Below, one piece after another: positions 47,360-56,110 of a DNA stretch of 64,000 nucleotides; the stretch's first letter is position 1; each line of letters starts with the position of its first letter. Location of the stretch: NCBI GenBank assembly GCA_040776945.1, contig JAXGZN010000002.1, positions 800,001 through 864,000 of the forward strand. Direction: 5' to 3'. The position numbers and the translations under genes are program-made. The notes under the pieces are model-generated. The model worked only from the letters and a program-made list of their open reading frames with translations. It did no database searches and was not told where the DNA came from. Source of the DNA: Methanomassiliicoccaceae archaeon. GTDB lineage: Archaea > Thermoplasmatota > Thermoplasmata > Methanomassiliicoccales > Methanomassiliicoccaceae.

Positions 47360-48982
47360 TCACCTCTTTGGCGGCGATTCCTCTATATGGATAGGCGAGT
47401 CCGCGTCCGACTCGCAGGTGTCGTGCTCGTGTGGCCTCTTGGCGTCCGGGGGCAGGGGCGGCTCGCGGCCGACCTTGCGCAGATAGTCGTGAATGGCCTC
47501 GTGCAGCGCGTCGGCCGCCAGGTTGGAGCAGTGCATCTTCTGCGGCGGCAACCCGCCGAGGTTGTCGGCGACGTCCTTCCTGGTGATCTTCAGTCCCTCC
47601 TCGAGGGTCTTGCCCTTCGCCAGGTCGGTGACCATGCTGCTGGTGGCGATGGCCGCCCCGCACCCGAAGGTCTTGAACTTGACGTCGATCATGATGTCGT
47701 CCTTGACCGAAATGTATATATACATCATATCTCCACAGTTGTGAGTCGTAAAGGAATCAGTCACAAAGGAATGTTGCCCTGCAATCTCAAAATTGTAGAC
47801 CTTGCCTGTGAAATACTTTGTTTCGATCGATGTGATGGGGGTATAAAGATAGCCATCTTCAATCCAAGAATGGTCTTTTTGTCCTCCGGCTAAGGCACAA
47901 TCCATCTCTAATATTGCACAAAGCTTTTTCAGAGAGCTGCGGTCCCCTACATGTATGCGGTATGCCTCACTGTGGGAAATGCCCTCCATGAGCGAACCTT
48001 TCTCCTTATATACTGAGGGGATTATCCCTTGCCTAAGAAGAAGAGTCTTGATCTGACCAGCTAACTGTTCGGATATTGTTACGTAGCCCCCCCGGGAGCC
48101 TTTCCTTTCAAGATTGATATATCCATCTCCCCTCCATAGTCCCTTGAGCAGGTGTGTCTGCTTCTCGGGCGGCAGGAACAGCAAAAAATCAGGGATATGC
48201 TTATTCGCTGCCCCACTACCAAATAACGATTCGAAGAACCTTGCTAGCTTGGGTTTATATGTATTCACGCATGCAACATTCTGGTGGTCACGGGGGGTTA
48301 TCGAAGCCTCGATTCCAAACAATGAGCGAATACAGTTCTGAACATCTTGATGATATTCGCTCTCATCAAGGTTGAAAGAGAAGCAAAGATGTCCTCTTCC
48401 ACCCACAGTAACAGTGTTCCCCTCAGACAGATAGTAGCCAGCAAGCCTCAGGAAATCCTCATTTATCTTGATACGTTCGGGCAGAGCGTACCTGTCTTCA
48501 GCGGTGGTTCTTAGGTCAAGAGGCATTTCGAAGAACTCCTGGTCCTTGGTCACCTTCAGGATGGGATAGACGGCGATGTCCCGGCGTCCCAGGTCGCTGA
48601 CGTGGTGCCATTCGGGCCTGAGCTTCTTCTTGTGCCTGGTGTAGTTGTACTTGTGCTGCTCCGGCCTCTTGACCGCGAGCACGAGGTGCTCCGGGGTCAT
48701 CTCCACCGTGCCTAGTTTGTTCTTGAGCCGGACGATCGGGCCGCTGTAGTCGCGCACCGAGCGCTGCTCGACGGTCGAGTACACCCCCTCGTGGGTCAGG
48801 ACCCTCTCCTTGACCGGAACGTCCTCGATGCGTTGATAGTGATTGTTCAGCTGGACCAGCGTTCCGCTGACCAGGCACACTGGGTTCCCGACCTGCCCGA
48901 TCCCATCAGCGTCGGGTATCTCTCCCACATTATGGGGGTTCGTGAAATGCTCCATGACCTTCTCAGTGTACGGTGGCGACAT
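47360..48982 (-). CDS. iscU: Fe-S cluster scaffold IscU/NifU-N interrupted by an intein (160 aa after splicing)
   Basis: Y...VMEHF.NP.NVG...G.VGNPV | CGD...KFKTFGCGAAIATSS...LP..KMHCSNLA. Lies directly downstream of iscS. Confidence 0.95.
   Translation of the reverse strand: MSPPYTEKVMEHFTNPHNVGEIPDADGIGQVGNPVCLVSGTLVQLNNHYQRIEDVPVKERVLTHEGVYSTVEQRSVRDYSGPIVRLKNKLGTVEMTPEHLVLAVKRPEQHKYNYTRHKKKLRPEWHHVSDLGRRDIAVYPILKVTKDQEFFEMPLDLRTTAEDRYALPERIKINEDFLRLAGYYLSEGNTVTVGGRGHLCFSFNLDESEYHQDVQNCIRSLFGIEASITPRDHQNVACVNTYKPKLARFFESLFGSGAANKHIPDFLLFLPPEKQTHLLKGLWRGDGYINLERKGSRGGYVTISEQLAGQIKTLLLRQGIIPSVYKEKGSLMEGISHSEAYRIHVGDRSSLKKLCAILEMDCALAGGQKDHSWIEDGYLYTPITSIETKYFTGKVYNFEIAGQHSFVTDSFTTHNCGDMMYIYISVKDDIMIDVKFKTFGCGAAIATSSMVTDLAKGKTLEEGLKITRKDVADNLGGLPPQKMHCSNLAADALHEAIHDYLRKVGREPPLPPDAKRPHEHDTCESDADSPIHIEESPPKR
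47738..48877 (-). mobile_element. 380-aa intein with LAGLIDADG homing endonuclease
   Basis: Block A CLVSGTLV, block B MTPEH, endonuclease motifs LAGYYLSEG and LKGLWRGDG, block F VYNFEIAGQHSF, block G THN followed by Cys+1. Confidence 0.96.
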
Positions 48983-50153
48983 TGTAGTCCACTCCCTCCC
49001 TCAGCGGTGACATCTTCCTCAGGTTCTCTACTATCGGCCCGATGGTGGTGATGAACCTTTCGGCTTCATCCATAGTATTGAACTTGCTCAGCGACAGGCG
49101 CAGCGATCCATGGCACTGCTCGTGCCTCAGACCGAGGCTGCGCAGCACGTGCGAAGGCTCAAGGCTCTTGGTCGAGCAAGCCGAGCCGGTGGAGGCGGCG
49201 AAGCCCTTCATGTCCAGGTGCAGGATCATGCCCTCGCCCTCGATGTAATCGAACCGGAAGTGGGCGTTGTTGCACAGGCGCTTCTCGCCCCGAGGTCCGT
49301 TGAGATAGGAGCGAGGGACCGAGGCAAGCGTTCCCTCTATGAGCCTGTCGCGTATGCGGGACATATTGGCCACGCTTTCCTCCATCTCAGCCATCCCGAT
49401 CTCGAGCGCCTTTCCCAGGCCAACTAGCCCGGGGACGTTCTCCGTAGAGGACCGGAGCCCTCGCTCGTGTCCTCCTCCGTAGATCAACGGCCGCAGCTTC
49501 ACCCCCTTCCGGATGAACAGAGCGCCCACGCCTTTAGGACCGTGGGCCTTGTGCGCCGATAGCGAGAGCATGTCGACCTTGAGCTTGGACAGGTCGATCG
49601 GGACCTTGGTGATCGCCTGGACGGCATCTGTATGGAACAACGCCCCGCCCTCTTTGGCAACCTCTGCGAGCTCCCTGATGGGCTGAATGGAGCCGATCTC
49701 GTTGTTCGCTGCCATGATCGAGACCAGCGTCGTCTCCTTGGTCAAGGACTCCTTGAGATCCTCGATGGACACCAGGCCTTCGGCATCTACCGGAAGGTAG
49801 GTGACCTGGAACCCCTGGGTCTCCAGGAACTGGCAGGTGTGCAGTATGGCGTGATGCTCAACCATAGAGGTGATGATGTGACGGCCTCTGGACGCAAGAG
49901 CGTACGCGGCCCCCTGCAGTGCCAGATTGTCGGATTCCGTGCCGCCGGACGTGAAGATTATGTCCCTTGGCGAGGCCCCCAGGGCCTTGGCGGTCCGCTC
50001 CCTGGCTAGCTCCATAGCATCGTAGGCGTCCCGGCCGAAGGAGTGAAGGGAGGATGCGTTGCCATAGCGTTCAGTGAAGTATGGCAGCATCTCCTCCAGG
50101 ACCCGGGGGTCCACCTTAGTGGTGGCGCTGTTATCGAAATAGACCTTGTCCAT
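48963..50153 (-). CDS. iscS: Cysteine desulfurase, IscS/NifS group I
   Basis: YFDNSATT, GNASSLH, FTSGGTESDN, SAHK PLP lysine, STGSACS catalytic Cys. Confidence 0.96.
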   Translation of the reverse strand: MDKVYFDNSATTKVDPRVLEEMLPYFTERYGNASSLHSFGRDAYDAMELARERTAKALGASPRDIIFTSGGTESDNLALQGAAYALASRGRHIITSMVEHHAILHTCQFLETQGFQVTYLPVDAEGLVSIEDLKESLTKETTLVSIMAANNEIGSIQPIRELAEVAKEGGALFHTDAVQAITKVPIDLSKLKVDMLSLSAHKAHGPKGVGALFIRKGVKLRPLIYGGGHERGLRSSTENVPGLVGLGKALEIGMAEMEESVANMSRIRDRLIEGTLASVPRSYLNGPRGEKRLCNNAHFRFDYIEGEGMILHLDMKGFAASTGSACSTKSLEPSHVLRSLGLRHEQCHGSLRLSLSKFNTMDEAERFITTIGPIVENLRKMSPLREGVDYNVATVH

Positions 50154-50187
50154 CTGCTCACCTTTCAACCTCGAGGACATATATCGG

Positions 50188-50217
50188 ATGGATATAAATA
50201 ACAATAGTTAAATCCAT
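50188..50217. promoter_or_regulatory. Inverted repeat ATGGATATAA-N10-TTAAATCCAT between the divergent iscS and sufS-like genes
   Basis: 9/10 arm match; overlaps the TTTATAT box of iscS. Confidence 0.45.
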
Positions 50218-50326
50218 TCCGGATGCCCTCATACAAGATGGACCACGGTGCTGGTGGATAAAAAGGGTTTTCCTTCCGGGAGCGGCACAGGCTGAAATAT
50301 GCGGAAGCGGAATACGAGGGCTGCCC

Positions 50327-51538
50327 ATGGACGTCGAACGGTTGCGCATGGACTTTCCGCTGTACTTAGGTCCGGAGCGGGACCTCATCTATCTGGATAA
50401 TGCCTGTCAGTCGATGAGGCCCAAGCAGGTAATAGACGCTATCTCCGAATACTACACTGATTATCCGGCGTGCGGGGGTCGATCCGTTCATCGGCTCGCC
50501 ACCAGGGTGGCCGTGAAGATCGAGGAGGCCCGTGAGAAGATAGCGGGGTTCATCGGCTGTTCGGACCCATCGTGCATCGTCTTTACCAAGAACTGCACGG
50601 AAGCGATCAATTTGGTGGCAAAGGGGTTTCCATTCCGCAGAGGGGCGGCCGTGCTTACAACGGACATGGAGCACAACAGCAATCATGTCCCCTGGCTCCA
50701 GCTCCAGGCAGATGGAAAGATCAGACATCGGACGGTTAGGACCCCGCCCTCCGGGCTCTTCGACCTTGAGGCGTACGAGGAGGAGCTGGCCGAAGGAGCG
50801 GACATGGTCTCGATGGTCCACACCAACAACGTCACGGGGACCACTTTGCCGGCGAAGGAGGTGATAGAGGCCGCTCACGACCGTAAGGCATTGGTCATGC
50901 TCGACGGAGCGCAGTCGACCCCGCATCAGCCCATAGATGTGGGCCGTCTCGACGTAGATGCGTTCTGCTTCTCGGCCCACAAGATGCTTGGCCCATCGGG
51001 GGTTGGCGTTCTGTACGCGAAGATGGAGGTGCTGGAGAAGATGCAGCCCTTGCTCGCAGGCGGAGGCAGCGTAGGCATGACCGATTACGAGAGCGTGGAG
51101 TTCCTGCCGCCTCCAGAGAAGTTCGAGGCCGGCCTGCTGAACTACTCCGGGGTGATCGGTACAGCTGCCGCTGTGGACTATCTCCAGGCCATAGGAATGG
51201 ATGAGGTGGCGGAGCACGATAAACGCTTGAACCGCTTTGTTACCGATGAGGTGAAGGGCATGGACCGGGTTACTTTGCTAGGCCCAGAGGACCCCGCGCT
51301 CCGCGACGGTCTTTTCTCTTTTAACGTCAGGGGGATGACGTCTCACGATGTAGCGATGATCATCGATGAGATCGCCAAGGTGCAGATACGTTCGGGCATG
51401 CACTGCATGCACCCGTTCTTCCGCTCCCGAGGTCTCGACGGATGCGCCCGGGCATCGTTCTACCTATACAATACAGAGGCCGAGTGCCGGAGATTCGTAG
51501 AGGCCCTGGCTCACATAGTGGATATCTTCTCCAGCTGA
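50327..51538 (+). CDS. Cysteine desulfurase, SufS-like group II
   Basis: YLDNA, EHNSN, DGAQS, SAHKMLGP, RSGMHC, RASF..YNT. Confidence 0.9.
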   Translation: MDVERLRMDFPLYLGPERDLIYLDNACQSMRPKQVIDAISEYYTDYPACGGRSVHRLATRVAVKIEEAREKIAGFIGCSDPSCIVFTKNCTEAINLVAKGFPFRRGAAVLTTDMEHNSNHVPWLQLQADGKIRHRTVRTPPSGLFDLEAYEEELAEGADMVSMVHTNNVTGTTLPAKEVIEAAHDRKALVMLDGAQSTPHQPIDVGRLDVDAFCFSAHKMLGPSGVGVLYAKMEVLEKMQPLLAGGGSVGMTDYESVEFLPPPEKFEAGLLNYSGVIGTAAAVDYLQAIGMDEVAEHDKRLNRFVTDEVKGMDRVTLLGPEDPALRDGLFSFNVRGMTSHDVAMIIDEIAKVQIRSGMHCMHPFFRSRGLDGCARASFYLYNTEAECRRFVEALAHIVDIFSS

Positions 51539-51906
51539 ACCTCTCCGCTTACCGATCGGACCATCAGGGCATCTCCCGGGCCGACCTCCATTGTTCCAAC
51601 CTCTCTCCCGCCCTCGATCAGTGTGACCAGGTCATGGAACGTAACTGCCCCTCCCGCATGGACCCCCCAACGTTCGAACGTCCATGGACCGTGGCCTCTC
51701 ATCATCTCCCGCATCTCCACCTTCAGGTCGGCGGTGGCACCGCTCCTCTGGAGATCGGAGACCATCGAAGATAGGGCAGAGGCCCCTTCGTGGTCCATAC
51801 CCCGCTCTATGCTCCCGTTGAGGCCGGCGAAGGAGGTCATGATCGCCGCCATCACCACCAGCCCAGCGATGATGGCCCACACCCGGGACAGGACGAACTC
51901 CATCAT
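51511..51906 (-). CDS. Hypothetical membrane-anchored protein (pilin-operon associated)
   Basis: N-terminal TM helix; translationally coupled to the upstream gene. Confidence 0.6.
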   Translation of the reverse strand: MMEFVLSRVWAIIAGLVVMAAIMTSFAGLNGSIERGMDHEGASALSSMVSDLQRSGATADLKVEMREMMRGHGPWTFERWGVHAGGAVTFHDLVTLIEGGREVGTMEVGPGDALMVRSVSGEVQLEKISTM

Positions 51907-52373
51907 CCTATCGGCTCCAGGGACGCTATCGCTCGTCCCTCGAACCTGACACACTCCACCGCTATCGTATATTCTCCTCCGCCGAGGACCAATGCCTGAC
52001 CTCCAGCGGTCATCTTAGCCGGAGGGTTCTCCGGGGCCAGGGTGGCGAACGGCACGGTGCCGCTTACGCACCTGATGGTCATTGAGGCCGTGGTGCCCAA
52101 AGGCCCGCCGGCCTCTAGGCGGAGGTGAAAGCGGTCGGCGTTGCCGGGCAGCGAGATGGACACGATCCTGCGGTTCCCCTCCCCTGAGGACATCACATCC
52201 TCGACGGTCTCCGCAAGCCTGTGGGCCTCTGCCGCGAGGACCGCCCGGGTGGTGGTACGCTCAAAGCCCTCCACGCTTCCCACGACCACTGGGACCGTAA
52301 GGGAGATTAGCAACGACATTATCAACAGCTTGAGTGGCATTCCCTCCAGACCCCTTTCGTCCCAGCGCTTCAA
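51903..52373 (-). CDS. Pilin-like protein with class III signal-peptide-like N-terminus
   Basis: MKRWDERG/LEGMPLKL followed by a hydrophobic helix. Confidence 0.6.
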   Translation of the reverse strand: MKRWDERGLEGMPLKLLIMSLLISLTVPVVVGSVEGFERTTTRAVLAAEAHRLAETVEDVMSSGEGNRRIVSISLPGNADRFHLRLEAGGPLGTTASMTIRCVSGTVPFATLAPENPPAKMTAGGQALVLGGGEYTIAVECVRFEGRAIASLEPIG

Positions 52374-52377
52374 ACCA

Positions 52378-52857
52378 TCACTCCGAGATGACTGGAATGG
52401 TAAGTGAGCTGTCCGTGCCCATCCCGCTCTTGGCGACCGTCACGGTGATGAACCCTACCGACCTTCCGGTCTGTGAGGCGGTAAGTCCGCTGAGGGCGGC
52501 CTTTCCTGAGCTGTCGGTCGTGCCATGCGGCTGCTTCCCTTGAGCGGTCTGTACGTTGCAGCCGTCGAGCACTACGGTGGCGCCCTCGACCGGCTCGCCG
52601 CTCTGGTCAAGGACCGTGATCACCAGCATGAAGCTCGAGGAGCGGTATATTCCGTCCCTGTCAGGATCGCTCAGTATAACCTCGGACGGGTTGGAGTACA
52701 CCGCGTCGATCGTCCTCGGGGCGCTGATCCCGCCCATCCAGCTGAGGATCATCGCCGTCCCCAGCCCGGCTATGACGACCATGATCATAAGCTGCAGCGG
52801 AAGTCCCTCGATGCCCGCGCTCCTGTCCTTGCACATGCGTTTTGAGAAATGCCTCAT
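52378..52857 (-). CDS. Pilin-like protein with class III signal-peptide-like N-terminus and Ig-like domain
   Basis: KRMCKDRSAG/IEGLPLQL plus hydrophobic helix; V.D..G.PV.GA.V...TD..G motif. Confidence 0.65.
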   Translation of the reverse strand: MRHFSKRMCKDRSAGIEGLPLQLMIMVVIAGLGTAMILSWMGGISAPRTIDAVYSNPSEVILSDPDRDGIYRSSSFMLVITVLDQSGEPVEGATVVLDGCNVQTAQGKQPHGTTDSSGKAALSGLTASQTGRSVGFITVTVAKSGMGTDSSLTIPVISE

Positions 52858-52915
52858 GGTTCTCCCGCCGCAAGAGGGGCGGAGGGGATATCTCATCCAT
52901 ACGGCTACATTAAGG

Positions 52916-53488
52916 CTACGAGGTCACTTTGAGCTCGACCTCTTCCACCGTGGAGTACTGGGGCCCGCATTGGGTCAGTACGCTTTTTTTTAGCCGGATC
53001 CTGTCCACATATATCGTGCCGAAGTCGCCATGGACGTTGTTCTCAATGACCTGCCTCACAGAAGGACTCGGCATTTCCGCTCTGGACCTGGCTACCGTGA
53101 TGTGAGGGGCGAAGCGCCGCCTCTCCCGCTCGAAACCTTGCGCGGAGAGCGATTCGTCCAGTCTGGTGGCCATGGTCGCCATGGGAAGGGTGTCGTTCAT
53201 GCCTATCCACACCACCCTGATGCGGTTCTTGGAGGGGAACGCTCCCACACCCTTCAGGGGTACCGTGAACGGTTCGATGCCCTGGACGGCGTCCCTCATC
53301 GCTTCTATGATGCCCCCGACCTTCTGCTCGGGCGTTTCTCCAAGGAACTTAAGGGTGATGTGGATGTGGGCAGGATCAACGACCTTGAGAGAAGGTTCAG
53401 CGTTCTTCAGCGATATGATAAGCTCCTCAACCTCATGGACCCTGGCAAGATCGATCGATATGAAAGCGCGGAAGGTCATCTCCATCAT
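52916..53488 (-). CDS. thpR: RNA 2',3'-cyclic phosphodiesterase (2H family, LigT)
   Basis: R.FI.I, HITLKFLG, FP...RV.W, PHITVAR, GPQY. Confidence 0.93.
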   Translation of the reverse strand: MMEMTFRAFISIDLARVHEVEELIISLKNAEPSLKVVDPAHIHITLKFLGETPEQKVGGIIEAMRDAVQGIEPFTVPLKGVGAFPSKNRIRVVWIGMNDTLPMATMATRLDESLSAQGFERERRRFAPHITVARSRAEMPSPSVRQVIENNVHGDFGTIYVDRIRLKKSVLTQCGPQYSTVEEVELKVTS

Positions 53489-53638
53489 CTGGTAATCGTC
53501 ACTTGATGACCTTCAATATGTCGGCCTTCCGGATTTCGTCGCGCTGCGGGCGATTATCATCTTATTCGGCGCGAGGAAGGCGTTGTCCGTCCCGGGACAT
53601 TCGAAACGCTAATAACTTGAGCCTGTATTGCTCCTCCG

Positions 53639-54589
53639 ATGCCTCACGACCTCATCATCATCGGCGCCGGACCAGCGGGCCTCACTGCAGGCATATATGC
53701 CCGCACAAGAAAACTGACCACCCTCATCATCGATGCTACCGCAGCGGGCGGGCAGCTCGCGAGCTTGTACCCCGAGAAGAGCATCGAGAACTGGCCGGGG
53801 TATGTGAGCACCGATGCCGGCCACCTGTCCAACAACCTCATCGATCATGCGCGGTCGATGGGGTGCGATATCAGGGAACATGAGCGGGCGTCTGGCCTCG
53901 AGGACAAGGAAGGCCTTCTGGTAGTGAACACTGACAAAGGCTCTTACGAGGGCAAGGCGGTCATATTGGCCACCGGGATGGGGCTGTTCAAGCCGAAGCG
54001 CGTGGGCGCCGTTGGAGAGGAGAGGCTCGAGGGCCGGGGGGTCTATTACAAGATGCCTGAAAGGGAGTACCTACTGGGCAAGGAGGTCATCTTCGTCGGC
54101 GGAGGCAATTCCGCATTGGAGATGGCTTTGCTGGCCTGCGAGTGCTCGGACACCTGCGTGGTCCACCGGCGTGATGTCTTCCGCGCCGACGAGGCCGTCG
54201 TTGAGAGGGTCCAGAACTCCGAGATCGAGACCATCATGAACGCCGAGGTCGTGGAGATCAAGGGAGAGGACCGCGTGGAGAGCGTGGTGCTTAAGCAGAA
54301 CGGCAAGCTGACGGAGCGGAAGGCCGATGCCGTGGTGGTTAACATAGGGACCTCGAACATCTCCGATGACATGAAGAAATGGGGAGTGGAGCTGGAAGAG
54401 GGATTGATTAAGGTCGACACCGACATGTGCACCTCCCGCCGGGGGGTCTTCGCCTGCGGGGACGCAGTTGCCTATAAGGGCAAGTACAAGCAGATCGTGG
54501 TTGCCTGCGGAGAAGCGGCCATAGCCTCCAACAGCGCCTACAAGTTCATTAAGGAGCCGTACTGGGCCAAGCCTGCCCCTCATAATTGA
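53639..54589 (+). CDS. Thioredoxin-reductase-fold FAD oxidoreductase without CxxC, probable ferredoxin-NADP+ reductase
   Basis: GAGPAG, GGQL..LYPEK, GGGNSA, HRR..FRA, GD...Y.GK. GVYY occupies the place of the CxxC. Confidence 0.8.
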   Translation: MPHDLIIIGAGPAGLTAGIYARTRKLTTLIIDATAAGGQLASLYPEKSIENWPGYVSTDAGHLSNNLIDHARSMGCDIREHERASGLEDKEGLLVVNTDKGSYEGKAVILATGMGLFKPKRVGAVGEERLEGRGVYYKMPEREYLLGKEVIFVGGGNSALEMALLACECSDTCVVHRRDVFRADEAVVERVQNSEIETIMNAEVVEIKGEDRVESVVLKQNGKLTERKADAVVVNIGTSNISDDMKKWGVELEEGLIKVDTDMCTSRRGVFACGDAVAYKGKYKQIVVACGEAAIASNSAYKFIKEPYWAKPAPHN

Positions 54590-54864
54590 GTCCCTGGGCC
54601 CGCTGCCCTGGCCGATCACCATCTAAGAAGGCCCATCCAGCGTTCCTTCTTGTCCGCGCTCGAGGTGTCGGTGGATGGTCGAGGACGAGGAGGCCTGTCG
54701 GCCGCACAGTTGCCTGTGGCCGCTCCGACCCTCTCAGGCCCTTTTCCCGTCCCCTCGCCCCGAACGCACGATCGATGTATGCAGTGGGAGCCGTCCCTCG
54801 ATGAGAGAGACCATGTCCTTATAGGCATGGACAGGAAGGTCCAGTTCACCTGCGGGATGGATGG

Positions 54865-55608
54865 TCAGGCATGATATCCATGGATCCTCCACCTGAGGTA
54901 AGATATGGCGACCAGCACCAGTCCTATGGAGAAGCCCAGGCCGATGCCGTTCGCCACGGGACCGAAGCGTGACTCGAAAAGCTCCCCGAAGGAGGCGAAC
55001 ATATTGAAGGTGGAGTGCATGACGATGGCGGCCACGAGGTACGGCCACCAGTGGTCGGCGTACGACTTGGCCCTGGCCACTCCGTAGCCGGAGATGGAGG
55101 TGGCGGAAGCATGCATCAACAAAGAGGAGATGCTGCGCACAACCGCGAGAGAGACGAACGCTGCGAAGCCGCTTGTGAACAGGGCCGTGCCCTCATAAAG
55201 AAAGTTCTCGGTCGCCGCGAAGCCCAGTCCGCAGGAGGCCCCGAATACCAATCCATTGCGCGGCCTCCATATGTACCGGGAGAACCGCATCACGATCATG
55301 GTCTTGACGAACTCTTCTATTATGGGGGCGATCACGATGATGATTATGAAGGTGATGAGGTTGGGGTAACGGACAAAGAGGTCGTACTCCCTGACCAGCG
55401 ATGAGTTGAGGATGCCCGCGGCCGCGACCTCCAGCACGGTTGCGGCGATCACGGCGATGACCGCCCCGCCCAGGAAGGTCAGGATCAGGTCGTCCCACCT
55501 CTCCTTCCTGCCCCTCTCCCCCCACCGGATCCATACCAGGGCCAGGAAGGCCGGGATGTAAGCTGCCGAGAGAAGAACGACGACCGACATAAGGTAGTCT
55601 GGCAGCAT
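54865..55608 (-). CDS. PrsW-family intramembrane glutamic protease
   Basis: APIIEE..K, GLGFAATEN, H and H...N motifs. Confidence 0.9.
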   Translation of the reverse strand: MLPDYLMSVVVLLSAAYIPAFLALVWIRWGERGRKERWDDLILTFLGGAVIAVIAATVLEVAAAGILNSSLVREYDLFVRYPNLITFIIIIVIAPIIEEFVKTMIVMRFSRYIWRPRNGLVFGASCGLGFAATENFLYEGTALFTSGFAAFVSLAVVRSISSLLMHASATSISGYGVARAKSYADHWWPYLVAAIVMHSTFNMFASFGELFESRFGPVANGIGLGFSIGLVLVAISYLRWRIHGYHA

Positions 55609-55712
55609 CCTTGGAGTGTAGCGGGAACGGAGTTATAAATCCCACCGGTGCTTGGATTTGATAAAATCAGGGAAGGGTGGAGCAGAGCTCCAATTGGGTC
55701 GAGACCAGTTGT

Positions 55713-55886
55713 TTACTCGTCCACGGTTATGGCGTTGTTCGGGCACTCGTCCACGCAGGCGCCGCAGTCCACGCAGTCCTTCTCGTTGACCACTGCGATA
55801 TCGGTGACCTTAATGGCCGACTGAGGGCATACGTCCTCACAAGCTCCGCATCCAACACACTCGTCAGCGTTGATCTTTGCAACCAA
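55713..55886 (-). CDS. 2[4Fe-4S] ferredoxin
   Basis: CVGCGACEDVCP and CVDCGACVDECP; TTG start after GAGGTG. Confidence 0.95.
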   Translation of the reverse strand: MVAKINADECVGCGACEDVCPQSAIKVTDIAVVNEKDCVDCGACVDECPNNAITVDE

Positions 55887-56110
55887 GTCTAACACCTCAG
55901 ATGATTTGTTCCACTCAATCTTATGGTTCTATAAAAAGTATTCCCCGGACCGCTTATGCCTGATGCAAAGGATTTGGACCGGTCGTGAGCTGGGCCCTGC
56001 CTGCCAGATGCCGCCAAAATGCTCATCCGCGCTGCACCATCACAATGCCGCGCTCCGGCATCCTGCGATGGTCGGGCGCGAAATCATTGAAATAGGCCCA
56101 TCCTGTTCTG

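Noticed and set aside
7048-53488. Pyrrolysine read-through at TAG stops (flavodoxin, gpmA, nikD-like, lysE, feoB, nitroreductase, pyrK, thpR)
   Set aside because: Each protein appears complete at its TAG, and no convincing in-frame domain was seen downstream where I checked.
54590-54864. Small ORFs between the FAD reductase and prsW
   Set aside because: No motif, RBS or codon bias distinguishes any frame.
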